DNA of 63,595 bases, filler included, from Perkinsus chesapeaki ATCC PRA-425 (Eukaryota; Protista; Perkinsozoa): NCBI GenBank assembly GCA_013115145.1. It is 5 parts of 5 records of this genome, joined end to end, with 100 filler letters (N's around TTAATTAATTAA, not from the genome) between each part and the next. Parts side by side here need not be neighbours in the genome. Positions count along the whole stretch, not along the records: positions 56,806 to 63,595 come from JAAPAO010001063.1; 4 more parts are not named here. One strand, given 5' to 3'. The translations under genes and the position numbers were made by a program. Below are positions 58,228 through 63,595 of the stretch, in pieces. Under the pieces are notes generated by a model. It ran no database searches, was not told where the DNA came from, and worked only from the letters and a program-made list of their open reading frames with translations. Numbering within the stretch: the stretch's first letter is position 1; every line of letters begins with the position of its first letter.

Positions 58228-60698
58228 ATGACAAACAGGAGGCAAGATAAGACTAAAAAGCGAAAACAGAAACGGGGAAGAAAAGCTCCTCAATTGAAAT
58301 GTGGGTCAGATGAGGAAATAAACGGAATACAACAGGTAGACGACTAACGTGGTCAAGAGAATGTGGATTAGTAAATACTACAGGCAATCGAGTATTGGAA
58401 ACATGAGTGTATGTCATATAGAAGAGACAGTCGATACGGTATGGGAATATGTTGTTTACCATCACTACTTACTAATAGAGATCTCATTGAATCTTATGCC
58501 GTGAAAGATACAACAGTAACAATTCTTTATAGTGCGTGCTGTATGAGTTCTAACAGGCTGGCTGCTTGCATGGTGATGAATATCCCTTCATTGTTAAAGT
58601 CAAGCCATGCTTTGATTACTTAACGAACACTCAAAAAAGGGATGTAATCGAGACAATGCTGGCAATGTCACGTAATGGTGCAGCTACACCAGATATCAAT
58701 GAAGAGCACAAACAGGAATTAGGAGTATTTCTATTAAACTCATTTTCTCAATACTTTTGTCAATCAGCTGACCCTTGATACAGTACCAGCTGAATTGATT
58801 GCCTTACTCGACGAATGTGTTGGCCTTGAGAAGGTCAGTGATGAGATGAACGAGTCCACTACTGTAAGTCATCACAGAAGCCACACTTTATCATTAATTC
58901 CCTACAGACTTGTGACACCGACACACTACAATACCACCATATTGATAAGGTCCATATGACTTCAACTTCATCTGTATGTTCAACTTCATCAGATATCCGA
59001 CTGCTCTCCTACCTGTAAGGGTAGAATTGCTACTCTTCCTTCTTATGTGGTTGAATTAAAGACGGATATTGGCTGGATCAGAGTAAAAGCGGACACTGAC
59101 TGTCTTACTGGTCTGAATGCATGTAAACAATCATAGATGATTAATTTTATTATCGAACTAGCAGGCACAATCCATAATGATATTGACATACTGTTGAGAC
59201 CGATCATCCCTGACGGTGCCATTTACCCCACACGAGAGATATTTAAAGTGCATTTGAGTGTGCTGGTCTGCGCCGCCGAAGAAAAGTGTTCATTTTTAAG
59301 ACTGTCAGGTGAAGTCTATCAAGTATCCTTCTACCTAGTAGTGCGTTCTTGGCAGGTTCTGTGATGACTGCTAACGACAGGGCGTCTCCTAGCCAGCATT
59401 GCACCAACGTTATCAGATGCTTAGATGGTTATTGGTACGAACTGATATCGATTGAATTATCATAGTCAATTCACATAGGGAGTTCGACCCAACACGAACA
59501 GAATGTGTGTCACCCCCAAGCCCGAGATGGAGTAGCCGATCCTACCCTCCCGATGTATCCTGTCGAGATGTTGATGATTGTGAGCTTGTCAAACTGTATG
59601 AATGAAAACCCATCAGGAGAGTCGATTGCTTCTGCTCAGTGGCAATTCAGTCATAGATGCTTTACATCCTCAACTCACTTGTCGGTATGATATCGGAGAG
59701 GTTCGAGAATACGCCAAACAACTTGGCGTACAATATTACGATGAAGATCCCAAGGATGATATCGCTCTCTTAATTGTAGAGGAATTGGCGATACGATTCA
59801 CTCAGGCCATTCGACCGAGAAAATCAAGTTAAGATATCATCCACCAATTTCCAATATACTCATCCTTGTCAGAGTATTTCCTTTACGAACCTCCTCGATT
59901 GGCCCATTTGAGAGGAAGTGTTCAAGCAAAACTGCCAGTAGCTATTCCATCAACTTATTCCTCCTACTATTAATCTTTAGGAGGCAATGGCTAATATCAT
60001 GCCTGGTGCAGTAGACAGCACCCATATAGAGTTGGCCAGGATGATGCTCAGTGGAACTGACATCCGTTCTTCAGTTGACGAAGATATCTTGGAAGGTAAG
60101 GAATTGGTAAGCCATGGGCAGAAGAGCCTTGCATAGCAGATACTCCTATAACTGAGAGTGAGAGCCTTCCCACTAGTGCACCGGTATATAGAAGTAAAGT
60201 GGGGTCTAGACCACGAGAGAGCGGGAGGGATAGTGGGATTATAGGGGTTAGCTGGGATACCAAGCAAAGAGCTTGGCATGCTCAATGGAACAAGAAGGAT
60301 GGGAAACGGGTTGATCGACGCTTCTCCGCTTCACGCTTTGGTGACGATGAGGCTTTGCAGCTGGCGATACGTAAGGATAACTGATCTTCCGTATGAGTTT
60401 TCTCCCATCATGCTTCCTCAGAATGTCGCAGAGATGCCGAGATACGTGGTGAAGCTGTGCCGAGTAAACACGGTACAGCGGTAAAGCAAAGTGGAGTGGT
60501 GGGGGTGAAGTGGAACCCTCCCCACTTCTGGGTTGCGGGGTGGTATGAGAATCGTAGACTAATCCAGAAGTACTTCTCTATTCTCGAGTATGGTAGCGAA
60601 CAGGCGGCCTTGGATGCAGCTATCGGTAAGACACCTCATTAACACTTCACTCAACTCATTCTTCCTCAGCGTGTCGTCGAGCTCACGTACCCGAATAA
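58228..60698 (+). CDS. ApiAP2-type protein with two tandem C-terminal AP2 domains, multi-exon (5' exons tentative)
   Basis: AP2-1 SGIIGVSWDTKQRAWHAQWNKKDGKRVDRRFSASRFGDDEALQLAI; AP2-2 QSGVVGVKWNPPHFWVAGWYENRRLIQKYFSILEYGSEQAALDAAI; each split by an intron just before CRR. Basic N-terminal exon MTNRRQDKTKKRKQKRGRK. Confidence 0.75.
58368..59134 (+). repeat. 767-bp near-identical direct repeat, copy 1 (offset 4461 bp)
   Basis: Matches 62829-63595 almost base for base, exons and introns alike; more diverged similarity extends ~110 bp upstream. Confidence 0.95.
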
Positions 60699-61119
60699 TT
60701 TGTTTAAGAAGATGTTTTCTATCTCATGGTCACAAGTGGCCACTTCAATTTCCACCCAGTAAAGCTCAGTCTTGTGTTCCAGCCCCAGTTGATTGTCGTC
60801 CTAATATTAAATCAATTCTGCTGTATGCGTACACCCTTTTTCACTTCCTGATTCCGCATGACCGACTTCACAGGATTGATCTGACCATCTTGTCTGTCAT
60901 GGACTATTGCTTACGGTCTTAAAGTCCTGAGAGTGCTTACAGTGTATCAGTTCATAATTTATTGTGACAAGACCGATACGTGACTACGTCTTGAGAAGTT
61001 GTGCTATGTGTTGACTGTAATTTATAGATGACAGTGTAGTTGTACGCTTGTTGAGGAAATGATTGAGAATGACCAAGGATAATAAAACAGCTTCACGATT
61101 GCCTACTGAACGACAAGAT

Positions 61120-61280
61120 GCTAACCGACACTCGAAAAAGAGAAGTGATCAAGACAGTGCTGACAATGTCACGTAATGGTGCAGCTACACCAGATATCAG
61201 TGAAGAGCACAAACAGGAATTGGAAGTATTTCTATTAAACTTACTTTTCGATATTTTTGCCAATCAGCTATCCCTTGTGA
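61120..61280 (+). repeat. Partial diverged third copy of the duplicated exon
   Basis: Encodes LTDTRKREVIKTVLTMSRNGAATPDISEEHKQELE, matching 58620-58780. Confidence 0.85.
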
Positions 61281-62707
61281 ATCTGATGACTTCGCTGCTA
61301 CGCTCCAGATTGTGCACTTTTTTACCAACAGTCAACTTGTGAATTGAAATAGCTCATCTCAGCGGGGCTATTTAGACACATTCTCAGTCAATTATTCAGC
61401 GGTCATCGTCACTATAATGCATCAACACAAGTCATTGATACTGGACTAGTTCTAGCTAATAGACTCAAAACCTTGCACTTGGCAAGGGAAGAAGGCTCGG
61501 CTCTCTGAGTCCCACATAGCATCGCAATGCAGGAGAGCAGATATTAGTTGATATTGAACTTGATTAAAGGTTAAAGGCTCCCCTTACACGGCATACATAC
61601 AAACAAAGCCTTTAGTATCGGGAATCTTGTATTCAACACATCTACTTCCCGAAGGACATGACTTGGGGAACTACTCAAAGATACTTCTGCCAAACATAAG
61701 TTACTACTTACCAGGAATCCTTTGCAGTCTAGAAGGCATCTTGCCAATGACTCCACATAAACAGGGGTAGACTTCACTCTATCTGGAGCAGGGGGACAAG
61801 GATTAGTTTCAGGAGTACATATCATATAACCAACGTCACCCTGAAGATTGGCAATTCTTCCGATTGTGTCATCCTATGCATGTTGTTGATCACTACATAT
61901 AAAGCGAACCTGTTCTGTCCGTTAGGACACTCGCACGACCCAATAAACTTCTGTGCATTCCTGTCATATCCACAGGGACTGGCCGGTCTCCCGTAGTAAT
62001 CATCTTGTGTTGTATCTGCTCACGATAATATTAACGAGTCTTAATTTGCCTCACTCATGTTGTTTGCTGATTTGTGCTCAGATAAGTACCTGAATAGCTT
62101 TACTTCTCCACATCAACTATCCACTGGACCTACCTGCGATGGGCACTCTGAGCTTCGCTCCCACTTAACAGAACGGAACACCCTATCACCATCATACCTA
62201 GACTCGCTGCGAGCATCGTGGAACGCCTGGAAAGGACAATGCCTGAGGAAGGCTGAGTATAATCAATCATACTAGGATACTAAGTATTCCATCATCCTGC
62301 CGAGGCGATTTATGGCGTGACACGAATGTTTCGGGGGCGAATGATCACCCGTCACGGCAGTCACAGTCGAAAAGTGACCGAAGGCAACCTGCAAAAAGGA
62401 AGAAGCAAGAAGACCTTTGACCATTACGAGTGGTATGGCAATTAGCATATAGATTCTAGCCGTCGCTATACTCTACTATTGAAACAAGCAGTATTATGCC
62501 AATTACGATTCTGAACCCTCAACTCTGCTACGTTTCACCTTCCACACTGGCGCTGTGACGCTCTTTTTCCGAATGTCGCCTAACTATCGGTGATGGTCCA
62601 TCATAGGCAAATTGAGCTCATAACTCTCTGCAAATACGAGATTGTTAAACTGAGTTGAGTTGAATAACTTCACGTTTATAAGGTAATGCAAATTACTAAT
62701 GCCTAAA

Positions 62708-63595
62708 ATGAGACAAGGTAAGAAAAATCAAAGACGGGGAAGTAAAGCTCCTCGGTGGGAGAGTGGGTCAGAAAATGAAATAAACGGAATACAGCAGGTA
62801 GATGACTTCTGTGATCATGAGATACTAAATTAGTAAATACTACAGGCAATCGAGTATTGGAAACATGAGTGTATGTCATATAGAAGAGACAGTCGATACG
62901 GTATGGGAATATGTTGTTTACCATCACTACTTACTAATAGAGATCTCATTGAATCTTATGCCGTGAAAGATACAACAGTAACAATTCTTTATAGTGCGTG
63001 TTGTATGAGTTCTAATAGGCTGGCTGCTTGCATGGTGATGAATATCCCTTCATTGTTAAAGTCAAGCCATGCTTTGATTATTTAACGAACACTCAAAAAA
63101 GGGATGTGATCGAGACAATGCTCGCAATGTCACGTAATGGTGCAGCTACACCAGATATCAACGAAGAGCACGAACAGGGATTGGAAGTATTTCTATTAAA
63201 CTCATTTCTCAATACTTTTGTCAATCAGCTAACCCTTGATACAGTACCAGCTGAATTGATTGCCTTACTCGACGAATGTGTTGGCCTTGAGAAGGTCAGT
63301 GATGAGATGAACGAGTCCACTACTGTAAGTCATCACAGAAGCCACACTTTATCATTAATTCCCTACAGACTTGTGACACCGACACACTACAATACCACCA
63401 TATTGATAAGGTCCATATGACTTCAACTTCATCTGTATGTTCAACTTCATCAGATATCCGACTGCTCTCCTACCTGTAAGGGTAGAATTGCTACTCTTCC
63501 TTCTTATGTGGTTGAATTAAAAACGGATATTGGCTGGATCAGAGTAAAAGCGGACACTGACTGTCTTACTGGTCTGAATGCATGTAAACAATCAT
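62708..63595 (+). CDS. Paralog of the 5' part of the AP2 gene, running off the window
   Basis: ATG at 62708, MRQGKKNQRRGSKAPRWESGSENEINGIQQ, then exons near-identical to 58368-59134. Confidence 0.65.

Overview
Eukaryotic, intron-dense scaffold. It is five contigs joined by four artificial 100-bp gaps (N44-TTAATTAATTAA-N44), so adjacency across gaps is unverified. The 40-60 nt GT-AG introns, ApiAP2-type domains and secreted GH18-like gene point to an alveolate, most likely Perkinsus sp. (inference). Confidently recognised genes: intronless Lon protease, a single-domain voltage-gated cation channel with EF-hands, a frameshifted amino-acid transporter, COPI alpha, SUMO, a bacterial-type PHB-depolymerase/LpqC-like esterase, PP2A scaffold subunit A, Prp4, a GH18 chitinase-like protein, a La-motif protein (possibly coilin-like), an RNF115/126-type RING E3, 2-amino-3-ketobutyrate CoA ligase, and a tandem-AP2 protein with a duplicated paralog. 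A METTL5-like gene is less certain. The most unusual signals are in the introns. (1) Three 216-255 nt COPA introns carry a 20-bp palindrome (consensus AATCGATCACGTGATCGATT) just inside BOTH ends, and a fourth has it at one end, which is an introner/MITE-like layout. (2) About a dozen decayed tRNA 3'-end copies (T-arm, 7-nt acceptor strand, discriminator A, often oligo-T) sit in introns or gene junctions in both orientations, several making up almost a whole mini-intron. Also notable: two unrelated intronless secreted-protein genes behind copies of the same ~410-bp 5' element, an excess of perfect 1-nt-spacer fold-backs (one frameshifts a gene), and a possible coilin-La fusion. All exon boundaries were read by eye; no database search was possible.
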